Shown: positions 40,020-51,040 of the stretch, piece by piece
How positions within the stretch are numbered: the first letter of the stretch is position 1
How the letters are laid out: every line of letters begins with the position of its first letter
Notes under the pieces: model-generated
Seen by the model: the letters and a program-made list of their open reading frames with translations, nothing else
Databases searched by the model: none
What the model was told of the DNA's origin: nothing
Source of the DNA: Callorhinchus milii
Taxonomy: Eukaryota
DNA: 64,000 bases
Assembly (NCBI RefSeq): GCF_018977255.1
Contig: NW_024704743.1
Location: 51,586,001 to 51,650,000, forward strand
Direction: 5' to 3'
Program-made: the position numbers and the translations under genes

Positions 40020-40260
40020 TTTTATTTTGTTAGCCGGGTGTTTGATCAAATCAAACTGAAGTTCCACATATGGATACCACCTACACATAAAATTTCACTG
40101 TGTCTGGAATATGTACTCTGTCCCGAGACAGACAAACCCTGCTTGCCTAATTCTGGAAACTTTTAGATTCACTTTAGCAAGAACCAAGGCTTGGAGACAC
40201 CAGATTGTGCGTTGAGGCATTTCTGGAGTTAACCAGTTAAAACTATGCAGATTTGCATTG
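40020..40260 (+). mobile_element. Old SINE-like family C body
   Basis: cctgcttgcctaattctggaaa and ccaaggcttggagacaccaga.tgtgcgt shared with 7730-7810. Confidence 0.6.
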
Positions 40261-40649
40261 AGAGCATTGTCCAGCAAGCTTTCCTCTGCTTACCAGGTAG
40301 GACCACTCTACCCGCTAGGGTTTTGGCATGTAGGGTAAACAGGAGCCAAGTGGGAAGCATCCCTGCTCTCAATAACAGGTCTGCTTCTTAATTTCTTGCT
40401 GACAAGCCAGGCTGGCTGCTTTGTCATCTACAGTAATTTGGAATACTGCAGACCCACCTGATTCAAAAACTGGACTATCAAGATCACCACGATGGGTTGG
40501 CCTGTGCCCTCTGGGATCCTTTTGACCATAGAGATGTAATTGACTGACTCCTTGCATTTGAGTTATCAGTAATGAAAAATATATTAATAGATGGACATGA
40601 GACTGCTCACGTTTTCACACCCATTTGATCAGAGAGTGTAAAAGTGCAA

Positions 40650-41010
40650 CAGTATAACATTTAAGAGAGATTTTCTAAATTCTGAATAGCTTTGATAGGA
40701 TTAAAGAGAAATGCTGTTTCCACTGAACAGTGTGTCAGTAAAGGACTTAAATTAAAGGACTTAAAGAAAGAAGGGGAAGTTAGAAGAAATACATAGAGAT
40801 AGTTAATAAAATATGGAATACTTTACCACATAAAGGCTGTTGAAGCTGAGTCAATAACAGAATTTAAAATGGAATTGGTTTAATGCTTGAAAATAAAATA
40901 ATATGAAATTGATCTGGGAAACAGTGGTGGAATAGGGAGTGGGGATAAAACAATGAGGAGCTAGTGCAAGCAGACACAATGTGCAAATAGCCTCTTCTGC
41001 GTAAATGTGC
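40650..41010 (+). mobile_element. CR1 3' end, degraded
   Basis: atatggaatactttaccaca (IWNTLP) and a CR1-type 3' UTR. Confidence 0.65.
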
Positions 41011-42556
41011 TTTGAAGTAAAGGCAGTTACATTAGTTTACAGTGCTCTTTGAACAAGCTAAAGTAAGCTTTTTCTGTATTTTTAAGAAAATGCCCATGAT
41101 CAAGTTTAGTATGACAGTGCCAGTAAAAGGTGAGAATTTGCGGGTAAATTCTCCCTCAACTCCTGTAACTCCTGTCCACTTGGTTCAATAAATCAATTCC
41201 TTTAAGCAGATCTTTAGTGGCTGTTTATATTTCTACAAATTGAAAAACCATTGGCGTTTTAAAGGGGAGCATCCTCCTCAAAGGAAACTGCTGGGGTTTG
41301 TTTATTGCTTCAAGGTGCAGGTAGTGCTATGTCTGAAGCCTCAATGCATTACTTTCAGATTTTGTTCCTCCCCACTGAGATGCAAGAGCCCAGACATATG
41401 TGTGCAATAAATTAGGAAATGCTGATCTGCAAAGAGGATGAAAGGATGAAATCCAGAACCATCATTAAAAAAATACTTGAGTCCACAAAGCCAAGCTGCA
41501 GTGCAGGTCAGTAATGTAGTTGCAGAATGAAACACACTTAGCTTTCCTTCTGTCATAAAATGGTATGAAAACAACATAAAATGTGACTAAAAAGTACTCG
41601 TAGCTTTTCTCCAAAATAAACTTGAGAAGAATTTTTTTGATGAAGCAGTGTGCATGTGCACAATTGTTGTCACTTGTCCAAAACTTTGTGTTATTCTACT
41701 TGTTAACACTTAAAAGGCAACTTTTCAAACATTATTCTTGAGAAAAAAATGTTGGCAATTCCATCCGGTGTGGTGCTTCCTTGCAGTTGGATTACAGAAA
41801 CGATTTCACGAGTGGTCGATCTGCAATATCGATATCACAAGTGAAATGCGTGTGGGTCGCAATTATCTTATTTTTTCAGTTTCCCACTCAAAACGTCGGA
41901 GTATTCTGTTCGTGTTCTCACTCATTGAACAATTTGGGAGTGTTTTCACTCTTAAGATGTTGTCATTGTAGAGAGCAAATTAAACAGTGTTTTTTGTACG
42001 GAGAGTGGAACAGCAACCAGTTTATATACTGCAAGTAGTATCCTTGGGGATTATTTTAGACTGATTGGTAATAAAAATGATCTCATTACACCTTTATGAT
42101 GGAAAATCCCATTATAAAAATGCAGTGAAGGATCACTATTTTTGGCAATCAATTTAAGTTAAATTTAAGTGGTTTGATGTGTCATTGGCACCCATGCAGG
42201 AAGGTATGGTATGTATAAGGAGTGTGCTTGACAGGTCAAATAACCCTTTGCTTATTCCACCTTTTATGTTCTTGTTTTATTCAGCTCTGTGTGTAACAAC
42301 AGACATGGCACAAATATTATTTGCTAGTGGTGTTCATAATGGAAAAAGAATCCAAAAGAAAAACAGTTTTATGAGATGGACAGCAGATGCAATAATGTAG
42401 CTTTTTATTTTTCATTTTAACTAGCGTAGGAATATAAAAGTAAATTCCGTGAAAGTCACATGCTGATAAAGCCATAATAAAATTTCTCATTATACTTTGC
42501 TTTGGGAGAAGGACTAGGAATGATCAGAATTTCTATAGTTGGGAGTATATACGAAT

Positions 42557-42853
42557 GGAGTCCTGTAGCTCAGTGGTTAAAGCACTCGCCTTGCAAGCGA
42601 GACACCTGGGTTCAATTCCCGGCAGGGCGAAACCTTGGGCAAGTTTCCTTACTCCACACGCCTAATAATTATCCCTTCAAAACAAAACAATAATAAATTG
42701 GTCATTTTAATCCACGACTGTTTGTGGGACACTGGCTGCCGCGTTTCGCCCACAAATATAGTCAATTCACCTTACAGCATATTCTGTGAAGTGCTTTGCG
42801 ACATCGAGAAGATGTGAAAAGCGCTATATCAAATGCAAGGATTATTATTATTA
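42557..42853 (+). mobile_element. SINE family A, short form, full length
   Basis: tRNA-Ala(TGC)-like head with A box tagctcagtgg and B box ggttcaattcc; (att)n tail; aatgga repeated at both ends. Confidence 0.95.
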
Positions 42854-43029
42854 CAATGGAATATCTGAATTTTGCTAGGAGGAGACATAATTTTATTTAG
42901 ATCCCACTTTGCCAACACTTCATTCCACACCAAGTGACTAAGGATCATTGGTTCCCTTCTTGAACTTTAACAAGTCACTGAAGAAGCAATTTTTAACAAA
43001 AAAAAATCAACAGCATGATCAATTCTGTC

Positions 43030-43260
43030 TTCTCTTACAGAATTCTCTTATCATAGAAATTTATAGGACAGAAGGAGGCCATTCAGCCCATCAAGTCTGC
43101 ACCGGCTCTCAGAGCAAGGTGCTCACTCAATATCATTGCTTTATCCCCATACCCCTCCAAGCTTCTATCTTTCATATACTTGTCTATTTCCCTCTTAAAA
43201 TGCACAATGCCTCTACCTTCTTATTTGGCAGCACATTCCACATCCCAATAATTCTCTGAA
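43030..43260 (-). mobile_element. CR1 3' tail
   Basis: catagaaatttataggacagaaggaggccattcagcccatc. Confidence 0.8.
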
Positions 43261-43679
43261 TATAAGCTGGGACAATATGTTAGAGCACATACAGTCAGAT
43301 AACTTCAGCTCTTTATTAAATTTGGAGTTGTTTTTTACTGTACATCATGGGAATGACAAGACACCACAAAGTTACATAGTCAGCATTGTTTATGGTCAGA
43401 ACTACCACACTATCTGAACATCCTTGAATGTCTGGCTTTTGTTTTTGATTTATGAAAACATTCTTGCCAAATGCTTTTGCTCTTGTTCGTCCAAAAATGT
43501 CACCTTTCGCGCTCCATTATGAGGGCTCCCAGTTGTCCCTCTTAATCGTGCCCCAGTTCCGAAAAACAACTAAATAGAGCTGGAGGCCAATTGCATTGTT
43601 TCTAGCTAGAGTATTCAGGTGCTTCTGGCATGCTCTGAACTCTAATATTTTCTAAGTAAATGTACTTGCCTACTTGTGT

Positions 43680-44705
43680 GAGACTGTGGTTCAGGTGGCA
43701 GCACTTTCGCCTCTGAGTTAGAAGGTTGTGGGTTCAAACCAATATTGTGAGCTCTTTGAGCTCACAGTCTAGGCTGATGCTCCAATGTAGTGCTGGTGAG
43801 TGTGGCATATTTGAAGATGCTATCCTTTGGATGGGACATTAAACTTATGTCCCGTCTGCCTACTTAAGTGGATGTTTCGATCAAAAAATACATTCAAACC
43901 ACTTACAGTCTATCCTGTGAAGTGCTTTGAGACGTCTCAATGATGTGAAAGATGCTATATTAAATGTAAGAATTATTATTATTATGATTGTTGTTATGAT
44001 GATGTTAAAGTTCCTAAATTACTATTTGAAAAGGAAAGAGGGAGTTTCTCCAGTCTCCTGGCCAACAACTCCCCATGTAAAATTGGTCATTCGCCTGATG
44101 GCTGATTTCAGAACAATGCTGTACACAAACAGGCTGCTATGTTAGGCTATAAAATACAGTCAGTACACTTTGCAATATAGTCACTTTTACAACACTTTAC
44201 AGCACTACACTTGTACAATATAAAATACAGTCACTATCAAGTGAAGTTCTGTAGCTCAGTGGTTGGAGCACTCACCTCACAAGCGAGAGACCTGGGTTCA
44301 ATTCCTGGCAGGGCATAATGTTGGGCAAGTTTGCTTACTCCACACCCTCCTGTTTACCTAGCAGTAAGTAGGAGCTTGGTTGTTAGTCGATTGTCGGATT
44401 GCTTTTCTAGGAGTAATAATTCCCTCCCACACAAAATAATAATAATAATAAATTGGTTGCTCAATCTTTGATTGTTTGTGGGACACTGCTGTGTGAAATT
44501 GGCTGCTGCGTTTTGCCCACAAAAATATACAGTGATTTCACTTTACAGCATATTCTGTGAAGTGCTTTGAGCTGTCTCGAAGACGTGATAAGGCACTATA
44601 TTAAATCCAAGGATTATTACTATTATTTACAGAAATTCCTGTGAAGCACTTTGAGATGTCCTCCTGATGTGAAAGGAAAATGCAAGGATTATTATTTATT
44701 TATTC
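43680..44705 (+). mobile_element. DeuSINE fragmented by later SINE insertions
   Basis: Head at 43680, central domain to about 43875, resumes about 44015-44165, tail 44630-44705. Confidence 0.7.
44243..44627 (+). mobile_element. SINE family A, long form
   Basis: tRNA-like head, central ctgtttacctagcagtaagtaggagcttggttgttagtcgattg, L2-type tail. Confidence 0.93.
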
Positions 44706-45256
44706 ATTATTATTAAAATATAATAGAATTAAGGAGGGATTAATCAGTTTTTATGACAATTTATCACATCAAATCATTTAATTATTGCTTAATAAGTATG
44801 TGTTGACAAATGTAGTGATTGGACTTGTAGGCATGTCCAGCAACATTTGCATCAGTAAGGTCTAACAAATAGTCATGAGGTGAATGACCAATTAATCAAC
44901 ACCAAACACCACCATACCCAGATAAAATAAGACGGCAACAGTTTCATACAGTTCAGAAGATTCAGAAGTCACAGCACATTTTCAAAAGATTCAGCAAGCA
45001 AAAAAATTCAGATTTTGGAGTTCAACAATGGTCCAGTTGGTAAAGTCATTGTCAGTGTGAAACTAATGTCAAGCAGATCCCATACCCAATCAGCAAGTTT
45101 GCTGAACTCAAGCCAGAGTGCTACAATTGCCCTGCGTGACAGAATCATTATCCAGTGAATCTTGCTGAAAATTATGTTTGTGTTTCTCAATTAAGACAGA
45201 ATCTGGCTCAAGTGATGTCCACAGACTGCTGACATTTAGTGCTGTAGCTCCAACCT

Positions 45257-45626
45257 AAATAATAACAATAATAATCCTTGCATTTGATTTAGTGCCTTAT
45301 CACGTCTTTGAGATGTCTCAAAGCGCTTCACAGAATATACTGTAAAGTTAGTTGACTGTATATTTTGTGGGCGAAATGTGGGAGCCAATTGTGCACAGCA
45401 GTGACCTACAAACAGTGGTGGATTGAGTGACCAAATTATTATTAAAAACATTTTTTTATGGAAAAGCGATCTGTCAATCAACTAACAGCTGAGTTCCTAC
45501 TTACTGCTTGGTAAAAAGAGGCGTGTGGAGTAAGGAAACTTGCCTAACATTTCGCCCTGCCCAGGAATCAAACCCAGGTCCTCTCGTTTGCTAGGCGAGT
45601 GCTCTAACCACTAAGCTACAGGACTC
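45257..45626 (-). mobile_element. SINE family A, long form
   Basis: Reverse complement of the 44243 copy structure. Confidence 0.93.
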
Positions 45627-45759
45627 TGGAATTCAAATCACACCTGTTACTTTACCCAGTGTGAGACTTTGTGAGTGGAGAAATCTAGAGGGAGAAAACC
45701 TTTCCGGATTCTTAGCCACAGCAGTGGATCTACATATTTCTCAAATAAATTGTATTGCT

Positions 45760-46018
45760 GAATAAAACACAAAATACTGCAGATGCTAGAAATCTGAAAC
45801 AAAAACAGAGGTCGCTGGAAACACTCAGCAGGTCAGCCAGCATCTATGGAGAAAGAAAAGTGGGTCAACGGTTCGGGTCTTGTCCTGCTTCCCTTCTCTG
45901 TTAATCCTTGCAATTTCTCCCTCCCAACATCCCCCAGTTCTGACAAAGGGTCGTGGACCTGAAACATTGACCAACTTTCCTATCTCCATAGATGCTGCTT
46001 GACCTGCTGAGTGTTCCC
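45760..46018. mobile_element. Penelope-like element terminus as an inverted repeat, with decayed hammerhead core
   Basis: 63-bp arms 45817-45879 and 45956-46018; ctgacaaagggtcgtggacctgaaacatt motif; 13-bp flanking direct repeat. Confidence 0.75.
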
Positions 46019-46179
46019 AAATTATATTGCTATGTATTTAAGATGTGTATAATTTAACTTTCCGAAGGTAGATACAACAACAATTTGCATTTATCTAGTG
46101 TCCTTCACACGAGGTAGGATCCCAGAGCGCTTTTAGATGATCTGACATGACATACAACCTTTGCACTTATGTTTCTGGT

Positions 46180-46360
46180 GTAGAAATGACACAAGCTGGA
46201 ACTGCTGACCTAAGTAGCATCTTAGGAAAGATGATCGAAGCCAGAACACTGGATTCATTTGAAAACAGCTCGATGTTGTGATGAGAGGATGATGAGGTGC
46301 GTATTCTGGAAGAATAGGACGGCCTTATTCACCCAAACCTCTCTTGTGATCTTGTGATCA
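46180..46360 (+). mobile_element. CR1 3' tail
   Basis: ggattcatttgaaaacagctcgatg...ggccttattc..cttgtgatcttgtgat terminal repeat. Confidence 0.7.
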
Positions 46361-46362
46361 AA

Positions 46363-46747
46363 TGTCAGCTTGACTCAGTTGGAAACACACTCATCTCTAA
46401 ATCACAAATTTGTGACTTCAAGCCCCACATAGCTCCAGGTTGGCACTCTATTGCAGTGCCAGGGGAGCCCTGTGAGAGATCTCATCATTTGGGTAAATGT
46501 TAAACTGAGGTGCCATCTGTCTCTTCAGGTGGATGGCACTATTCGAAAAGCTAAGCCAACAATGTACCCAGATAAAATTGGTTATTCACTTCATGGCTGT
46601 TTGTGGGACATTGCTGATGTGCAAATTGATTGCTATATTCACCTACAAATACAATCTATATTTTGCAGTAATTCCTGTGAAGTGCTTTGAACCATCTCAA
46701 TGTTTGTCGACATGATAAGATGCAATTTCAAATCAAGGATTATTATA
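46363..46747 (+). mobile_element. DeuSINE (SacSINE1-like), near full length, degraded
   Basis: tgtcagcttgactcagttgg head, ttaaactgagg..catctg..caggtggat domain, tail. Confidence 0.85.
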
Positions 46748-47379
46748 AGTAGTATCTCTACTTCAATAATGAATTTATATTGCAAGGAACAAGCTTATTT
46801 GCTTGCTATGTATATCAATGTGGGCCGGAGTTTAGACACTAAGTTTATACATTTGTCTTATGTCACTAAAAATTGGGGTGAAATATTTCAACACCCAATT
46901 TTGCTTCACCTTGACTCAAGAGCAGAAGGTCAAGATAGAGTGTTAGTTAACGAATGCTATTGAAGAGCTGGTCTCACAGTACACTTCTTGGTTATATTAA
47001 AAATGATCCATTGAAACGTCCTTGGCTGTTTCATGGTTGTTGTTGTTGTTGTTGGCTGTTTAAGAAGCACTCAGAGATCATTCAATAGGGCACAGTGGCG
47101 GGTGCATTGCGATTTGCATCAGTCTATTACCCCCAGTACGCTAGACTATTTGGTGTCAGGATCCTGGCTCCATCACAATTCACATTGATTTTACCCACTG
47201 TGCAAATGTGTGGCACAACGTTGGCACCGCATGTTTAGTATGAATTTAGCTTAACTGGATCTCAATACGAATCACAATTCATGATAAGTAATGCTTTCAA
47301 CTGTGCATAATGTTAGATTCATGGATAAAATGAGAAGTACTGTACAATAAAGCTTCTTATTTTCTAAGCTGAACACATT

Positions 47380-47930
47380 CTCAAACAGTAAAAAAACCCA
47401 GCATGCTCTCGCCTTCAAGTACTTTCAGTTGGTATTCAAGTCTACCTTTAATCTTACCAGAGACGCAGCTACTGAAGAGGTCAAGACTTGAGTACTGAAA
47501 GTAAACAGAGGAAGCTTTTTGAACTGGAAATAGAGAATAGCTGATACCTGGAAACCTGGAAGTGATTACAAGGCGGTAATCGAAGGCTTCAGATAATGTC
47601 ATAAACCAAGAGAAAAGCTCCAATGGTTTCTAAATGTCATCTGAGCACAGCTTTACTTATTGCCTTGAAATCACTGCAGGGTATCATCTGTTATTTTGAT
47701 AACGAGCACCATAAAATTGAAAGGGTAGTTTTATTCAGTTTCATGTCCATTGTAGGCACTGACAGATGATTCACTTTTTCTGCTTTTGCCGCACAAGGGC
47801 CTTTACGTCAGAGTAACTATTTTGATATTATTAGCATAAATTTGTGAAGAAATTATTCACAATTGAATGAAAGCAAATTATGCCGTCAATATATACATCT
47901 ATTTAACAGACGGTTACTGATAAAGTGCAC
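47380..47930. promoter_or_regulatory. CNE-like segment containing a hairpin and a candidate minus-strand exon
   Basis: Repeat-free; ccataaa (posterior Hox/Cdx-like) and tgacagatg (TALE plus E-box) motifs; see findings. Confidence 0.35.
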
Positions 47931-47975
47931 TACAATAATAATAACAAGCAATACATTGGGTATAGAACCATTGTA

Positions 47976-48292
47976 GAGTCCTGTAGCTCAATGGTTAGAG
48001 CACTCGCCTTGCAAGCAAGACACCTGGGTTCATTTCCAGGCAGGGCGAAACCTTGGGCAAGTTTCCTTACTCCACTCACCTAATAATAATCCCTCCAAAA
48101 CAAAGCAATAATAAATTGGTCATTTTCAATCCACGACTGTTTGTGGGACACTGCTGTGCGCAATTAGCTGCCGCGTTTCGCCCACAAATATACGGTCAAT
48201 TCACTTTACAGTCTATTCTGTGAAGCGTTTTAAGACGATGAGAAGACGTGAAAAGCACTATATCAAATGCAAGGATTATTATTATTATATAT
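47976..48292 (+). mobile_element. SINE family A, short form, full length
   Basis: Near-identical to 42557 and 10753 copies. Confidence 0.95.
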
Positions 48293-48419
48293 TATTAATA
48301 TAGCACTTCACAGGTTATTAATGCTGATGATACACCAGCCAGCATGGCTCATCAGCAGGACTCAGTCAAGATTGTTCCTGAGGGCAGAATTTCTTCCCAG
48401 TTGGTTCTTGTTAACCCTG

Positions 48420-49075
48420 CAAACAACAATGATTTCACATTTATATATCACATTTCATGTCAGGAGGACATCTTAAAATGAATCACACAACTGACTGGGA
48501 GCTCGAACCGGGGGGAAGGGGGTCAAGCTGCGAAGGGGAGAGATGTCTGAAAGCACATTCAAAGAGAGAGGTTTTAAGGCAGAGCTTGAAAGTGGAGAAG
48601 GAGTGGGTAAGCCAGAGGGACTCTGGGATGGCATGCAGGACAGAGTGGCTGAACGCTCACCTATGAATCATGGGGTCCAGCGAGTGGCAGACGTGAAGCA
48701 GGCCAGTGTGTGCTCAGCAGAGGGAGTGTCTCAGCAGTGGGTAACAGGCAGTCGCAATGCTAGGGTGGGGTAGGGTGAGGCCATGGAGGCATTTGAAAAT
48801 AAGAAGAATTTTGAATTCAATTAGTTTGGGAATGGGGATTTATTAGGTCCTCGTAAGAATGGGGCTGATGAGCTCACATGAGATAGAAAGCAGGCTGTAG
48901 AGTTCTGCAAGGTTACAGATTATAAAGGGAGGAAGTGGAGAGTCCAATGAGCAGGGCATTAGAGTAGTTGAACATGCACATGGTGAAGATGTGGATGAGG
49001 GGTCTCAACAGCCTGGGGAGAAGAGGTGGTGATGATGAAGACTGGCAATGTTGCGGAGGTAAGTGAAAGCAGTTA
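48420..49075 (-). mobile_element. L2 LINE 3' part, degraded
   Basis: Reverse complement gives HLRNIASL, LIHIFT..FNYSNALLIGL, then 3' UTR and tail. Confidence 0.8.
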
Positions 49076-50619
49076 TTGTTAAATACAGACAGTGAGGGGC
49101 ACTTTACAATTTTTTATTTCAGCTAGGCAGGCTGCGTCCATCTGAATGTGCATAGGACATGCAAAGTTCAAACAATAAGATTATAGTTTTGTGTGAGCAT
49201 GTGTCCTCCTATTGCTTTAACCTAAAATTATTACTGTAGCAATAACTACAGAGTGGTTAATGAAGATTAAATGCCTCTGCCAGCTTCTCAGGCACAATAA
49301 TGTTATGAACCTTTACCGTAATTGTAAGTGCCTTTATCTTTATGCTATGTCCTTGAACATTGCATGATATTATTAAGTTGTATTACTGTTGCAATTCCTT
49401 CACCTTCTGGCTGCATCAGCATTCATGAAACTCAGTACAGGTATTTGATCAATGAAATTAACGATGACCTTAGAATCGCCATTTCTCTAATAAAACAACA
49501 GTAACTTATATCCGTAGGTAATTTGACATCATTTATATTAATCAAGGATTCCATATTTTTTAGGGACTCCCCCATTTGTATGATAAAATCACCTTTATTA
49601 AAGGTCAATGCACTAAACTCAATAAGTTAAACAGGGCACCATGTACAGATTACACATTTTGGTTGCCTAAAGGCCTGTAAGATTATAAATGAATATACTG
49701 GACTTGTTACATGCCAAAAGATGACCATAAGCATGGTCAAAAAGGAAGGTTTTCAAAAGGTTTTCCCACCACAACAGAAATGCACATTATGCAGTGCCAT
49801 CCTTTACTCTTACACTAATGATTGACTTTTTCCTTTGCTTTTAATTCCAATTTATTACTATTATTCAGGCTCGCCAAGAAGAATGACCACTTAACAGAGG
49901 ATCGCTGACATTTCTGGAATCATGCTATAGTAACAAGTCAGTACCTTCATAAGAAGAGAAAATTGTCACGCAAATAACAATATATTTACCAGAATATAAG
50001 TGCACCCAATTTTAATTAATGAATACCAACCTAACTGATATCTTTAAGGAGGTCTTCACTTTATCACATCCATCTGACCTGGACTATCAATGTCCTCTTC
50101 TGTTTTCAGTTTAATTCTTCTCATCCATATCAATAATCTCATACGTGGGATCAGGCTACTTAAGAGTAGCTACTTAAGAATCATGCTCCTCTAAAGCTTC
50201 ATTCATTTGGACCACTTCCTGGGTATTTTGGAGCTCAATGTAGAAATTTATTTGAGTCATTATGTGGTCAACTAGCTGGGGGACCTATGCTTTTATACAC
50301 TTTGGGACAGTCCAAATGAGCGATAGTGGGTCTAAGAAGCAGGTGTTTGGGGTTCATGAAAATGCAGCATTTAGATATTTGATGATAAGTTATATTCCAT
50401 TCAATGGTCACGGGAAATTTAAGACAAAGGTCACACCTGCTCTGTTATGGGCAACTGCTTCTCTAAGGGTTAGGTATGGAACATTGGTCATAATTTATTT
50501 TGCTTTTTTGTAGTTAATTTACTTGCTTAATGTGAACGGTGCCCGATAATTATTTTACATATTAATCCTTACATACTTTGTAATAGTCACATTAATTGGA
50601 GGCTAAATTGAAATTCAGA

Positions 50620-51040
50620 GTCAGGCCTGGATCAGTTGGGAGCACTCTTGCCTGTAAGGTTGTGGCTTCAAAGACCATGTTGGTACTTTGGGCCTTTTTT
50701 TGCTTAGCTGGGTTTTTGCCACATGCAAAAAAAATCACCATGCTGAAGAATATCCAAACCAGACTGAGAGTTCTATGCAACTCACCCACACATGGAAATT
50801 TCAATTGTATTGAAATCGAATGTGCACTCTCTTCCTGGAGAGATGCATTCTGCTCATCTAATTCTCGAGAATATTAGATGTAATATTTTGGCTGGCAAGA
50901 GCCAAAGCTTGGTGACCCCTGAGTGTGTGTTGGGATACTGATGGAGCTATAGTCCAGACATTTTAGACGCTAATGTCAAGCGCTTTGAGATGTTCTCCTG
51001 ACATGAAAGGCGCTATATAAATGTAAATTGTATTGCGTTG
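50620..51040 (+). mobile_element. SINE family C, apparently full length (tRNA-like head, unique body, L2 tail)
   Basis: gtcaggcctggatcagttgggagcactc head; body shared with 7575 and 40020; aagcgctttgagatgttctcctgacatgaaaggcgct tail. Confidence 0.65.

Noticed and set aside
42557..42630. tRNA-Ala(TGC)-like cloverleaf (also at 47976 and 10753)
   Set aside because: Continues directly into SINE body and tail, occurs in many diverged copies and has no oligo-T terminator; a SINE head, not a tRNA gene.
44782..44805. ttattgcttaa matches the start of miR-137 (likewise ttgtgcttgat near 2584 for miR-218)
   Set aside because: Only about 11 nt match, the remainder diverges and no precursor hairpin is visible.
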